NCBI GenBank assembly: GCA_016932815.1
Contig: JAFGCC010000025.1
Location: 7,133-71,132 of the forward strand
Source of the DNA: Candidatus Micrarchaeota archaeon
Lineage (GTDB): Archaea > Micrarchaeota > Micrarchaeia > Anstonellales > Bilamarchaeaceae
DNA length: 64,000 nucleotides
Direction: 5' to 3'
The notes under the pieces were generated by a model. It was not told the origin of the DNA, did no database searches, and saw only the letters and a list, made by a program, of their open reading frames with translations. Made by a program: the position numbers and the translations under genes. Positions within the stretch are counted from its first letter, which is position 1; each line of letters opens with the position of its first letter. Below, in pieces: positions 9,507 to 19,131 of the stretch.

Positions 9507-10184
9507 ATGGATAATCCGCATAATTATGGATCCTCGGAAACAAGGAAGCTGGAAACGATAAGCGACCCTTTAGTGCCGCTGCAAATTAGGAAAAAACTTG
9601 CATCAGAAGCGATAGTGGAGTTCGTCAGCCTATTTGACAGGGAGATGTCCGTGCTATGCAGGCTCCTGCGCGCGGACCCAAAAGATTTTTCGTACCTGCT
9701 TGACCCGGAAGAGTTCCTCCCGACAGAACTCCTGCCGGTATTGCACCGCTTCCTCATGCGGGAAGAGGACGAGAGGGTCCACCTGCGCGCCTGCGACGTG
9801 CTCGCCTTCCGCGGAGACAGGACTTCCGTAACCCCCCTCAGCATACTGCTTGCGATGCGGGGCATAGGAGATACGGCCGCAAATGCCGCAATCGACGCTT
9901 TCTTCATGCTCTCAATTAGGTCCCCCAAGCCGGAACTGCACGTTTTCCTGCGGGGCCTTAACGCAGCAAAGCGCGATAGGTCAATAGCTGCCCAGCACAG
10001 GGAAACAATTTCGCAGATTTCCGATGTCATCTACACTAGGAAGAGGTTCAATATGTCCATGGGGGAAACCCTTTACTGGATGGAAAAGAACCGCCCCGGG
10101 CTGGAAAAAAGGTTCAACCGCCCAAAAAGAAGGATGGAGAAGAGGGGCGTGCCCGGTTTCGTGAGAGCAAGGCAAACCTGCTAA
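9507..10184 (+). CDS. Hypothetical HEAT-like repeat protein, tandem paralog B (225 aa)
   Basis: Same length and shared motifs as paralog A (CRLLRAD, AANAAIDAF, NRPGLEKRFNRPKRRMEKR). Confidence 0.5.
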   Translation: MDNPHNYGSSETRKLETISDPLVPLQIRKKLASEAIVEFVSLFDREMSVLCRLLRADPKDFSYLLDPEEFLPTELLPVLHRFLMREEDERVHLRACDVLAFRGDRTSVTPLSILLAMRGIGDTAANAAIDAFFMLSIRSPKPELHVFLRGLNAAKRDRSIAAQHRETISQISDVIYTRKRFNMSMGETLYWMEKNRPGLEKRFNRPKRRMEKRGVPGFVRARQTC

Positions 10185-10256
10185 GCACCAAAAAAGAAAA
10201 CGAATGAAAGATAAAATTAAAGGGGGGGGCGGGAGGCCAAAAGGGAGCGGGGAAAA

Positions 10257-11177
10257 CTATTCCCCAAGCTCCTTTTTGCGCTCGGTATCGACTTTCTCCC
10301 GCCATACCCAGCCTTCCCAGCGCTCATCTACCATTTTCTGGATTTCGGAAACGTCTTCGGGGGTAAGGTGCTTGAACCTCTTTTGCCCCTTAAGGTAAGT
10401 TTCCACGGGCTTCTTCTCCGGCTTCATGTTCATCTTGAGATACCCATTCTCAATCTCAAGCAGGGGCCAGACATGAGTATCCACAGCGTCTTTCAAATAC
10501 TGTATGCTCAGTGATGGGTCGGTTCCCCACCCCGGCACGCACGTACATAACACGTTTAGGAACTTGGGCCCCCTAATAGAGAGCGCCTTCTTTACTTTCA
10601 TCTCCAAATCCGTATAATGCGCGCTAGTTGAGCTTGCAACATATGGAATCCCGTGTGCTGCGACAATCTCGGTCATGGGCTTCTTGTTCTGCAGTTTCCC
10701 GCGGATTTTGCTCCCAACCTGCGAAGTAGTCGTATACGCTTTCCACGGGGTTGCCCCGCTCCTCTGCACGCCCGTGTTCATGTATGCCTCATTGTCATAG
10801 GAGATATACAGGACGTCGTGCCCGCGCTCTAGCATCCCGGATAGGTGCCCAAAGCCGATATCATAGGAAGCGCCGTCTCCGGCTAGCACGACCACTTTCG
10901 TGTGGTCGTTGCCCATGGCACGCAGGGCTTCCACTACCCCGGCAGCCACCGGAGCCGCGTTCTCAAATACGCAGTGCACATACGGGACTTCCCATGCGCT
11001 CTTAGGATATGCGCTGGTAAAGATTTCACTGCACCCGGTTGCATTCACGATTACGCAGTCTTTCCCAACGGCACGCATTATGTGCCTGAATCCCGTGGCG
11101 ACCGCACATCCTGCGCACGCGGTGTGCCCGCTCTTGAAGAGTTCCTTGTTTTCAAATACGCCGCTCATTTTAGTCAC
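10257..11177 (-). CDS. porB: Pyruvate/2-oxoacid:ferredoxin oxidoreductase beta subunit (TPP-binding)
   Basis: GHTACAGCAVATGFRH and the TPP motif VVLAGDGASYDIGFGHL are present. It follows porA. Confidence 0.9.
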   Translation of the reverse strand: MTKMSGVFENKELFKSGHTACAGCAVATGFRHIMRAVGKDCVIVNATGCSEIFTSAYPKSAWEVPYVHCVFENAAPVAAGVVEALRAMGNDHTKVVVLAGDGASYDIGFGHLSGMLERGHDVLYISYDNEAYMNTGVQRSGATPWKAYTTTSQVGSKIRGKLQNKKPMTEIVAAHGIPYVASSTSAHYTDLEMKVKKALSIRGPKFLNVLCTCVPGWGTDPSLSIQYLKDAVDTHVWPLLEIENGYLKMNMKPEKKPVETYLKGQKRFKHLTPEDVSEIQKMVDERWEGWVWREKVDTERKKELGE

Positions 11178-12303
11178 CCCACACTTTCTTCACCACGCCG
11201 GCTTCCGCTTCCGAAAGCATCGCCTCAATGTCCGCAACGGTCACGTCCTTTCCGCCGAGCCCCCCGATAATAGAGGAGAGCTCGCAGTCCACCCCGGCTT
11301 CCTTTGCGCAGGTGCAAAGTTCCGAGTAGAGCGGCGCATCCGCTCCCATGCTCAGGGCCTTCTCAAACACGACCGCTTTCTTTCCCGCAAGGGCCTTTAC
11401 CGCTTCTGAGGGGAAAGGCCTGTAGCACCTAATGCGCAGGATTCCCGCTTTCTTGCCATCTTTTCTCATCTTCTCAATTGCAAGTTCCGCGTTCTCCATC
11501 ACGCTTCCCATGCCGATGAAAACGACTTCCGCATCGGAGAGCCCAATCTCCTCCCAGAGCCCGTTTCCATAAGAGCGCCCGGAAACCTTTGCCCAGGCTT
11601 CCATCTCTTCTTTGATGTTCTTCGCAGAAGCAATTACGTCCTCATGCAAATCAATCCTGAATCCCTGGTATGTTGCGGGCAGCGCATACATCCCCATCGT
11701 AATCGGGTTCTCCGGGTCCAGTTTATACAAAGCCTTCCTTGGGGGAAGGTAGCCGGAAATCATGTCCCTCTGCGGAACGTCTATCTGCTCAACTAAGTGC
11801 GTAAGGTAGAATCCGTCCATGCACACCATCACCGGGATGTTCGTGTCTTCTGATATCTTGAATGCCTGCGGAACGGTATCCACGACCTCCTGGTTGTTCT
11901 TGCAGTAAAGCTGTATCCAGCCCGAATCCCTCTCGGAAACCGAGTCCTGGTGGTCGTTCCAGATGCTCAAAGGCGCGCTAAGGGAGCGGTTCGCATTCAC
12001 AATGACCATGGGCAGCCTCATTCCCGAAGCCGCAAAAATCACCTCGTGCATGAGCGCCAGCCCCTGCGAGTCGGTCGTGGTAAAAGCGCGCGCACCGGCA
12101 GCGCTTGCCCCAACAATCATTGAAATAGCGGAGAACTCGCTCTCAACAGCCGTGTAGCTTTTTATCTCCCCGTTTGCGTACATCTTGTCCAATTCCTCGG
12201 CAATGTGCGTGGAGGGCGTAATCGGGAAGCACGCAACAACATCGGGAGAGCAATCGCGCACGACTTCCGCCACGGCAAAGCTGCCTTCAATAGTCTTCTT
12301 CAT
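11170..12303 (-). CDS. porA: Pyruvate:ferredoxin oxidoreductase alpha subunit
   Basis: MKKTIEGSFAVAEVVRDCSPDVVACFPITPSTHIAEEL is a PorA N-terminus. The start is chosen at the internal Met just after the porD stop. Confidence 0.9.
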   Translation of the reverse strand: MKKTIEGSFAVAEVVRDCSPDVVACFPITPSTHIAEELDKMYANGEIKSYTAVESEFSAISMIVGASAAGARAFTTTDSQGLALMHEVIFAASGMRLPMVIVNANRSLSAPLSIWNDHQDSVSERDSGWIQLYCKNNQEVVDTVPQAFKISEDTNIPVMVCMDGFYLTHLVEQIDVPQRDMISGYLPPRKALYKLDPENPITMGMYALPATYQGFRIDLHEDVIASAKNIKEEMEAWAKVSGRSYGNGLWEEIGLSDAEVVFIGMGSVMENAELAIEKMRKDGKKAGILRIRCYRPFPSEAVKALAGKKAVVFEKALSMGADAPLYSELCTCAKEAGVDCELSSIIGGLGGKDVTVADIEAMLSEAEAGVVKKVWGD

Positions 12304-12308
12304 GAAAA

Positions 12309-12557
12309 TCACTTCTCCTCCGTAACCATCTTTATGCATTTTACCGGGCACACCTGCGAGCAGATTCCGCAGCCCTTGCAGTATTCGTAGTTGGGCTGTG
12401 CTCCGTTGGGGGTCACGAATATGCACCCATCGGGGCAGTTCATCGCGCATTGCCCGCACTTGATGCATTTCTCCTTGTCCACAACCGGCATCTGCGTCCT
12501 CCAGGAGCCGGTCTTGTTCTCCATGCTCGTTCCGGGTTTTCCGTTTGCCGGTTTCAT
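12309..12557 (-). CDS. porD: Pyruvate:ferredoxin oxidoreductase delta subunit (2x[4Fe-4S] ferredoxin)
   Basis: Two CxxCxxCxxxCP clusters (CIKCGQCAMNCP and CKGCGICSQVCP). Confidence 0.85.
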   Translation of the reverse strand: MKPANGKPGTSMENKTGSWRTQMPVVDKEKCIKCGQCAMNCPDGCIFVTPNGAQPNYEYCKGCGICSQVCPVKCIKMVTEEK

Positions 12558-13093
12558 TCTTTCACCTGTTCATAGCACGCCTTTACGGCTTCCACGTTCT
12601 TCTCCCCCAATTTCTCCCCGAAGTGCTCTTTCACTTCTTCTAGGAGCCCCTCAAGCCCCACGGCCCCGGTAACTTTAACGAATGCGCCAAGCATCGCCGT
12701 ATTCACAATCGGCCTGCCGAGTTTGTCTAGCGCAACCGAAGTCGCATCCACAGTATATACGCTGAAATCGCCTTCCAGCCCCAGCGAACCAGGCTCCGCT
12801 TTCGTATTTACTATAATCTTGCCGCCCTTCTTGAGCCCCGCTGCCACATCCACCGCGCCAATTAGGCTAGCGTCCATGACGACTACCAGGTCCGGCTCGT
12901 AGAGCTCCTGGTGTATCCTGATTCTCTCCGAATCAATCCGGCAGTAGCTCTGCACGGGTGCGCCCCTCCTCTCAACCCCGAACTTGGGGAAAGACTGGGA
13001 CCACTTGCCTTCTTTTCCCGCGGTCTTTGCAAGCAGTTCGCCTGCTGTGACCGCTCCCTGCCCGCCTCTTCCATGAAGCCGTATCTCAAGCAT
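12554..13093 (-). CDS. porG: Pyruvate:ferredoxin oxidoreductase gamma subunit
   Basis: MLEIRLHGRGGQGAVTAGELLA is a PorG signature. AGGTGA lies upstream of the ATG at 13093. Together with the three genes above this gives the canonical porGDAB order. Confidence 0.85.
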   Translation of the reverse strand: MLEIRLHGRGGQGAVTAGELLAKTAGKEGKWSQSFPKFGVERRGAPVQSYCRIDSERIRIHQELYEPDLVVVMDASLIGAVDVAAGLKKGGKIIVNTKAEPGSLGLEGDFSVYTVDATSVALDKLGRPIVNTAMLGAFVKVTGAVGLEGLLEEVKEHFGEKLGEKNVEAVKACYEQVKE

Positions 13094-13261
13094 TGGTTCA
13101 CCTTGTGTTTTTGCCCAAATCGCACCCAACTATTAAAATCCTTATTAGGGGAATTTCGGCAAAGAGCGAAATTCCGCCTGCCTTCCCGGTGCTCCCTACG
13201 CCTCCCTGCTGGAGGGAACTGCCACTGAATGCTTTTTATAATTTGCCTGAAAGTCCCCCCC

Positions 13262-16200
13262 ATGCAAAAATGCAATATACCTCCCTTTTTGGTGCTCATG
13301 GTTGCACTAATCATGAGCGCAGCTTCATTCTCTTACTATGAGTATGGGGGAGCCCTCTACTGCAACACTACCTGCGACGACTGCGAGGACGCGCTCAACA
13401 ACGCAACCTACACTACCGTTTACCTGAACTCCTCCCTTTCTTCGCCAGGCGCAACCTGCATAAGCAATCCCAGCGGCTTCTCCAACAAGGTCTTTGACTG
13501 CCAGGGGAACACAATCACGGGCACGGGAAGCGGCTACGGAATCTACATCTACTCCCCAGCCAAGACCAACCTCACAATAAAGAACTGCCAGGTTTCGGGC
13601 TTCAACTACAACGTATATGCAAGATACCTATCATATTCCCACCTGGACAACCTCACAATCTTCAACTCCTCCACGGATACGCTGTACATCCGCCAGATGG
13701 GCAACTCCACTATCTCCAACACCACGGCCTGCAACTCCTCCCACGAGGCGTTCGGCTTCGACTATTCCGGTGACACCCTCATAATAAACAACACATTCTG
13801 CAATGCCACCCAGCAGGCCCTAGAAGTAAGGGGGTCAATCAACAACACTTTCATCTACAATAACTTCTACAATGCGACTGCGGGAATAGACTTCCACTAT
13901 GCGATGGAGGACTACCTCTACAACACGATTGCCAACAACACGATTTACGACGTTTACCGCGGAATCGCCTTAGCCGAGGGTTTCGTGCACAACCTGATAG
14001 TGAACAATACAATAACCAGCCTCGCCTATTGCCCCCTCGACAGCCGTGAAGGCCACTACCTCTCCATGGAATACTATTATGCTTCAAGCTGTGACAACAC
14101 GATTGAGAACAATACCGGGGACGGAAGGCCCATCTACCACTACCACGATGAAGCGGTGGACCTCAGCGATTTCGAGGCGGCAGAACTCATGCTCTGCAAT
14201 GCGGACGACAGCACGGTGCAGAACGTAACCCTGATAGGGGGAGGAGGAGGCCTATTCAGCATGTTCTCAGACAACCTCATCGTAAACTCGAGCTACTCTT
14301 ACAATGCATCCTGCGGATTCAGGATAAACTACTGCGCATTTACCCTGGTAAACAGCGTAGCCCAGGAAAACGCCCACAGGGACGTGGGCATCAGCCCCTA
14401 TTCCGAAGCCTTCAACATAATCTGCGACCAGCTGAACATCACCAACGTCACGGGTTCCGGAGGCCTCCCCATAAACTTCACCAACGTGCCGGTGGAATGG
14501 AGCGATTTCGAATCATCGCAGGTAATCCTGTGTGGCGCCAACTATTCCAACATAAGCGGGATGACCGTTTCCGGCTCCAGCACGCACAGGAACAACGGCG
14601 TTGACTTATACTCCGCTTACAACATCAACATAAGCTCGTCCACGTCCGATTCCAACTTTTTCGGTTTCCACTACTATTACTGCCACAACATCTGGCTCTA
14701 CAACAGTTCTGCAAGCGGCAATGCGGCAGATGGGATTTACGCGTATTCGTACCCCTACAGCAACAACCTCTCCATAATAGGGAACACCGCAAACGGCAAC
14801 GGGGAGCACGGCATCTACCTGTGGCCGGCAAGGGACAGCACGATTTCGTCCAACACCGCCTCGGACAACGAGTTTTCGGGCATAAACGTGGATTACGAGT
14901 CATCCAACATAACAGTGGATTCGAACACCGCCTCCGGAAACGGAATGGAGGGAATCGGGGTATATTCCTCCTTCAACGTAACCGTTTCCAACAACAGGGT
15001 ATATTCCAACGGGGATTCGGATTCCGAAGTAATCGCGGACGACCCGTTTTTCAATTTTGACTGGTTCCCATACCCCGCCTTTGCGGGGATAAGGATTGAG
15101 TATTCCGACTCATCCTACAGCGCGGACATAACGCTGGCCAACAACACGGTTTACGGAAACGAGTATTACGGCATAGTCGCAAACCTCTCGGACAACGTCT
15201 CCTCCACCAACGACCGCGTTTATGGCAACGGCTTAGCGGAGATATACGCGGGTACCGACGGTACGGCAAGGGAGGTTTACTTTACCGCAATGCTCCTTGA
15301 TTCCTCGGATTACCCGAACGTGACAATCAGCGACCGGCTCGACTCCAGCACTGCATATACAATCGCGAAGGTTTCGTCTCCCAACACCAACTATCCAGGC
15401 GGAACCGCAGTCCAGAACAGGCTAATCAACGTAACCTACATAACCGGCTCCCCGACAATAGATTCATTAACCTGGGCCTGGGGAAACCCGGAGCAGAACG
15501 ATTACGATGAGTCCACTTTCGACTTGTGGAGGTACGTAATAAGCTGGGTGGACCTCAATGCAACCAGCAACACTGCCTCCAATGAACTCAACTACTCTTC
15601 AATAAGCACTGCGGGGGTTTATGGGATGCTCGGAACTTATTTCTGGGGAGACACGGACGATGGCGGCAACGGGCCTGAGCCTGAGTGCGAATCCGATTCC
15701 GACTGCGGAACCTGCGAGGAATGCAGTCGGGGCGAATGCATCCTCCCAAGCGGGGCGTGCCGCTCCGTTTCGGGCTGCACCGGAGCCGGATACTTATGCA
15801 TATCCTGCGAATGCGTCCCTCCCGAATGCATATCTGATTCCGATTGCAATGAGGGATACGAATGCGAGGATTACGAGTGCGTTGAAATTTACATTGAGCC
15901 AGAATGCGCCTCGGACCAAGACTGTGGAGGATGCGAAGAATGCATTGGGGGTGAGTGCGTTCTCCCAAGCGGGGTTTGCTTGTCCGATTCGGAGTGTGCA
16001 GGCGAGGGGGAAGTGTGCGAATCGTGCGGATGCGTGCCTCCCGAGTGCACCAGGGATTCCGACTGCACGGGGGAAGGCGAATCCTGCGTGGATTATGCAT
16101 GCATCCTGCCCGAATGCACAACGGATTCGGAGTGCGCACAGAATGAAGAATGCAGCGATTATGCCTGCGTGGAAAACAAATCCCCACAGGGGGGCACCAC

Positions 16201-16387
16201 CGGAGGCAATGAGCGGGGGCAATCCCAGGAAGTCCCGGGCGCTGGAACCGGAGAGCCCGGAGCCGGTGAAGAAACCGGGGCCGGAATGCCCTCCCCAATC
16301 GAACTGCTCCTTGGAGCGGGAATCGGGGTGGCGGTGCTCTACTTCGCCTGGAAGTTCCTCCTGGGAGGAGCCAGTGCGGGAAAGTGA
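13262..16387 (+). CDS. Large secreted surface protein, paralog 1: signal peptide, right-handed beta-helix (NosD/PbH1-like) repeats, conserved GSPTID..W.W module, Cys-rich repeats, C-terminal TM anchor
   Basis: N-terminal signal peptide MQKCNIPPFLVLMVALIMSAASFS. Many NxxT/NxS-containing beta-helix turns. C-terminal tandem CxSDSDCxxCEECxxGECxLPSGxC units. Terminal hydrophobic helix GAGIGVAVLYFAWKFLLGG. Very high N-glycosylation sequon density. Confidence 0.75.
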   Translation: MQKCNIPPFLVLMVALIMSAASFSYYEYGGALYCNTTCDDCEDALNNATYTTVYLNSSLSSPGATCISNPSGFSNKVFDCQGNTITGTGSGYGIYIYSPAKTNLTIKNCQVSGFNYNVYARYLSYSHLDNLTIFNSSTDTLYIRQMGNSTISNTTACNSSHEAFGFDYSGDTLIINNTFCNATQQALEVRGSINNTFIYNNFYNATAGIDFHYAMEDYLYNTIANNTIYDVYRGIALAEGFVHNLIVNNTITSLAYCPLDSREGHYLSMEYYYASSCDNTIENNTGDGRPIYHYHDEAVDLSDFEAAELMLCNADDSTVQNVTLIGGGGGLFSMFSDNLIVNSSYSYNASCGFRINYCAFTLVNSVAQENAHRDVGISPYSEAFNIICDQLNITNVTGSGGLPINFTNVPVEWSDFESSQVILCGANYSNISGMTVSGSSTHRNNGVDLYSAYNINISSSTSDSNFFGFHYYYCHNIWLYNSSASGNAADGIYAYSYPYSNNLSIIGNTANGNGEHGIYLWPARDSTISSNTASDNEFSGINVDYESSNITVDSNTASGNGMEGIGVYSSFNVTVSNNRVYSNGDSDSEVIADDPFFNFDWFPYPAFAGIRIEYSDSSYSADITLANNTVYGNEYYGIVANLSDNVSSTNDRVYGNGLAEIYAGTDGTAREVYFTAMLLDSSDYPNVTISDRLDSSTAYTIAKVSSPNTNYPGGTAVQNRLINVTYITGSPTIDSLTWAWGNPEQNDYDESTFDLWRYVISWVDLNATSNTASNELNYSSISTAGVYGMLGTYFWGDTDDGGNGPEPECESDSDCGTCEECSRGECILPSGACRSVSGCTGAGYLCISCECVPPECISDSDCNEGYECEDYECVEIYIEPECASDQDCGGCEECIGGECVLPSGVCLSDSECAGEGEVCESCGCVPPECTRDSDCTGEGESCVDYACILPECTTDSECAQNEECSDYACVENKSPQGGTTGGNERGQSQEVPGAGTGEPGAGEETGAGMPSPIELLLGAGIGVAVLYFAWKFLLGGASAGK

Positions 16388-16477
16388 AGCCTCCAAAAGC
16401 CCCCCCAACGGGGCATCTTTATTATCCTGCCCGCAGCCGCACGCGAAGGGGGGAGGCGCCCCCCATGCTTGCGCGTT

Positions 16478-16939
16478 TCATATCCCCTCAAACTCGTCAA
16501 GGCGCTTGACAACGTTCAGCACGATATTCGTATTCGTCTTGTCCACTCCCTCTATTGCAAGTAGCTTTTTTACAAGGGCGGACAATTCCCCCCTGCTCCG
16601 GCATATTAGTATCGCAACCGCGTCGTATTTTCCGGTGGTGTCGTAAACCGCCGCAACCCCGCGCAATTTCGCCATTTTCTCCTGCACTTTGAGCATGTCC
16701 CCTGAAATTGCTATCTGGGTTACCGCCATGAATTCAAAACCGAGCTTTAGGTAGTTGATTCTCGCAGAATAGCCCTCAATCACCCCGCGGCCCTCAAGCT
16801 TCTTTATCCTCTCTATTACTGCGGCCGGGCTCATCCCGATTTCCGCTGCAAGCTCCCTATAAGAGCGCCTGCAGTTCTTCCGCAGTTCCAAGAGTATCAG
16901 CCTGTCCTGTTCTTTTAGCTCCACGTGTTTGCTTTCCAT
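16478..16939 (-). CDS. lrp: Lrp/AsnC-family transcriptional regulator
   Basis: N-terminal HTH (LDRLILLELRKNCRRSYRELAAEIGMSPAAVIERIKKLE) plus a C-terminal RAM domain. Confidence 0.85.
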   Translation of the reverse strand: MESKHVELKEQDRLILLELRKNCRRSYRELAAEIGMSPAAVIERIKKLEGRGVIEGYSARINYLKLGFEFMAVTQIAISGDMLKVQEKMAKLRGVAAVYDTTGKYDAVAILICRSRGELSALVKKLLAIEGVDKTNTNIVLNVVKRLDEFEGI

Positions 16940-17017
16940 ATAAACTCACCGCACAATCCCAAACATTTGTGATAAAAGTTTATTAATCTTCCTAATCTTT
17001 GTCTGGAAAATTTGAGA

Positions 17018-17031
17018 AAAATAATAAATAC
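17018..17031 (+). promoter_or_regulatory. Putative archaeal TATA box for glnA
   Basis: AAAAATAATAAATA lies about 45 nt upstream of the glnA ATG, in a 135-bp AT-rich divergent intergenic region shared with lrp. Confidence 0.35.
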
Positions 17032-17073
17032 TTCCAAATTTCCACCCCAATCACAAACAAAAGGGTGCGAACA

Positions 17074-18399
17074 ATGCAAGATGAGATACTAGAGCGGGCG
17101 GAAAAGGACAACGTGGATTTCGTGAACCTGCAGTTCACGGACCTGATGGGAACGGTGAAGTCCCTCACAATCCCCGTGGGGCATCTCCAGAATTCCCTTG
17201 AATACGGGACCTGGTTTGACGGCTCCTCAATTGAGGGGTTCACGAGGATACACGAGAGCGACATGTACCTCAAGCCGGACACATCCACCTACGCGATTTT
17301 GCCCTGGCAGAGCTCGGAGGGGGGAGTGACCGCCCGCTTCATCTGCGACGTTTACCGCCCGGACGGGACTCCTTTTGAAGGCGACCCGCGCGGAATCCTA
17401 AAGAGGGCAATGGCTGCCGCAAAAGAGCAGGGCTTTGAATATAATACCGGGCCGGAGCTTGAATTCTTCCTTCTGCGCAAGGAAAACGGGAAGCTCCTCC
17501 CCCTGCCGCATGACAAGGGCGGCTATTTCGATTTCACCGCAGATGATGCCTTCCACATAAGAAAGGAAATGGGGCTTGCGCTAAAGAACTTCAACATAGA
17601 CTTAGAGGCAAGCCACCACGAAGTGGCGCTTGGCCAGCATGAAATAGATTTCAAGTATGCAGACGCGCTAACTTCCGCGGACAACGCGACCACGGTGAAA
17701 TTCGTCGCCAAGGCGGTTGCGCAAAAGCACGGGCTCCACGCAACCTTCATGCCCAAGCCGATTGCGGGAATAAACGGCTCCGGGATGCACGTGCACCAGA
17801 GCCTCTTCAAAGACGGAACGAATGCATTCGTGGACGAATCCGACAAGTATTCTTTATCGGAAACCGCATACGGGTTCATAGCAGGGCAGCTATCCCATGC
17901 AAGGGCGCTCTCTGCAATCTTGTCTCCTACCGTGAATTCTTATAAGCGCTTAGTCCCGGGATACGAGGCCCCTGTTTACGTCTGCTGGGGAAGGGTGAAC
18001 CGCTCCGCCCTAATCCGCATCCCCCGCTATTCCAATGGGAAAACGCAGTCCGCCCGCTGCGAGCTTCGCTGCCCGGACCCCGCCTGCAACCCGTATCTCG
18101 CGTTTGCCGCGATGCTGCACGCCGGGCTTGATGGCATAAGCAAGAAGATGTCCCCGCCCGAACCAATTGAAGAGAACATCTACCATTTCGATGGCAAGAT
18201 GCTAAAAGAGAGGAAGGTGGAAACCCTGCCCGGCTCCCTTGGCGAGGCAATTGCCTGCATGAAGGAGGACGCGGTGGTTACAGGTGCCCTCGGCAAGCAC
18301 GCAACCTCAAAATTCATTGAGGCAAAGAGCTGCGAGTGGGACTCGTACCGCCTCCAGGTATCCCCCTGGGAGATAGACGCCTACCTGGATAGGTATTGA
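17074..18399 (+). CDS. glnA: Glutamine synthetase type I
   Basis: VDFVNLQFTDLMGTVKSLTIPV...GSSIEGF and the downstream GS catalytic-domain motifs. Confidence 0.9.
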   Translation: MQDEILERAEKDNVDFVNLQFTDLMGTVKSLTIPVGHLQNSLEYGTWFDGSSIEGFTRIHESDMYLKPDTSTYAILPWQSSEGGVTARFICDVYRPDGTPFEGDPRGILKRAMAAAKEQGFEYNTGPELEFFLLRKENGKLLPLPHDKGGYFDFTADDAFHIRKEMGLALKNFNIDLEASHHEVALGQHEIDFKYADALTSADNATTVKFVAKAVAQKHGLHATFMPKPIAGINGSGMHVHQSLFKDGTNAFVDESDKYSLSETAYGFIAGQLSHARALSAILSPTVNSYKRLVPGYEAPVYVCWGRVNRSALIRIPRYSNGKTQSARCELRCPDPACNPYLAFAAMLHAGLDGISKKMSPPEPIEENIYHFDGKMLKERKVETLPGSLGEAIACMKEDAVVTGALGKHATSKFIEAKSCEWDSYRLQVSPWEIDAYLDRY

Positions 18400-18512
18400 G
18401 CCCGCATCAGGCTGCAGCATCCTTGGGGCCGGAAGCTTCCCCCTTGAATACTGGGGGGAACTCCGGTCCCTCCCTGCATTTTGTTTTTCCTTGCTGCCTC
18501 TATGTTGCCGGC

Positions 18513-19028
18513 TTACTGCTTCCTTGCTATTTTTCCGTGTTTGGCATAAGGTTTGGAAGTAGGAGATTCAAGCCGAGAGAAAACGACCTGGCTAATCCTC
18601 ATTCCCGAATTCAGAACAATCGTAAACGGCGCATTATTGACAATCTCGAAAACCTGGTGGTTGCTGCTTCCCGGCTGTACGACCGCAGAGGTGACGTGCA
18701 CTCCCAGCCCCATCCTCGCATACCTGCTGCGCCCCTCCAACCTTCCCATCAGGTTCGGCGCAAGCGTGAGCTTTTCCCTGCTTACTCCCAGGCACATCTC
18801 TCCCTCGCCTAAAACCACGGAGTCCGCCACCACCTTTTTTGTGGCACTCTTGAAATCCACCTTGCCCAAATCCACCACGGAATTCAGGTATTTCTCCTTG
18901 AAGAACCAGAACACGCTGCCCAGGCTCAAGTCCACGCTTGCCTGCCCGATTTGCCCAGGCTCAAGGGGCGAGATTTTCAATTCCCCCTTCTTTATCGCCT
19001 TCTTTATGTCAACATCCGAAAGGAACAT
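18513..19028 (-). CDS. dcd: dCTP deaminase (dUTPase superfamily)
   Basis: MFLSDVDIKKAIKKGELKISPLEPGQIGQASVDLSLG matches the Dcd N-terminal consensus. Confidence 0.8.
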   Translation of the reverse strand: MFLSDVDIKKAIKKGELKISPLEPGQIGQASVDLSLGSVFWFFKEKYLNSVVDLGKVDFKSATKKVVADSVVLGEGEMCLGVSREKLTLAPNLMGRLEGRSRYARMGLGVHVTSAVVQPGSSNHQVFEIVNNAPFTIVLNSGMRISQVVFSRLESPTSKPYAKHGKIARKQ

Positions 19029-19131
19029 GGTTCAAGTAATTCAGGGGAAACTTTATTTAGGTTCGCAAAACACTTCCCTGCAGAGTGCAACAAACCAAAC
19101 GTTTTTATAGATTGCCTCCAAATCCCGAAGT

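Noticed and set aside
10751-12390. Several plus-strand ORFs antisense to porB/porA (10751..11005, 10900..11409, 10902..11270, 11963..12157, 12205..12390)
   Set aside because: They lie opposite a strongly supported porGDAB operon and are GC-rich shadow ORFs.
15588-16646. Long Arg/Pro/Cys-rich ORFs (15588..16298 -, 15621..16646 +, 15794..16408 -) overlapping the 3' end of surface gene 1
   Set aside because: Out-of-frame or antisense reading of the GC-rich cysteine-repeat region. The composition is non-protein-like. The in-frame product has clear EGF-like repeats.
18396-19110. Plus-strand ORFs 18396..18812 and 18553..19110 antisense to dcd
   Set aside because: The minus strand has a convincing dCTP deaminase, and these ORFs have no motifs.
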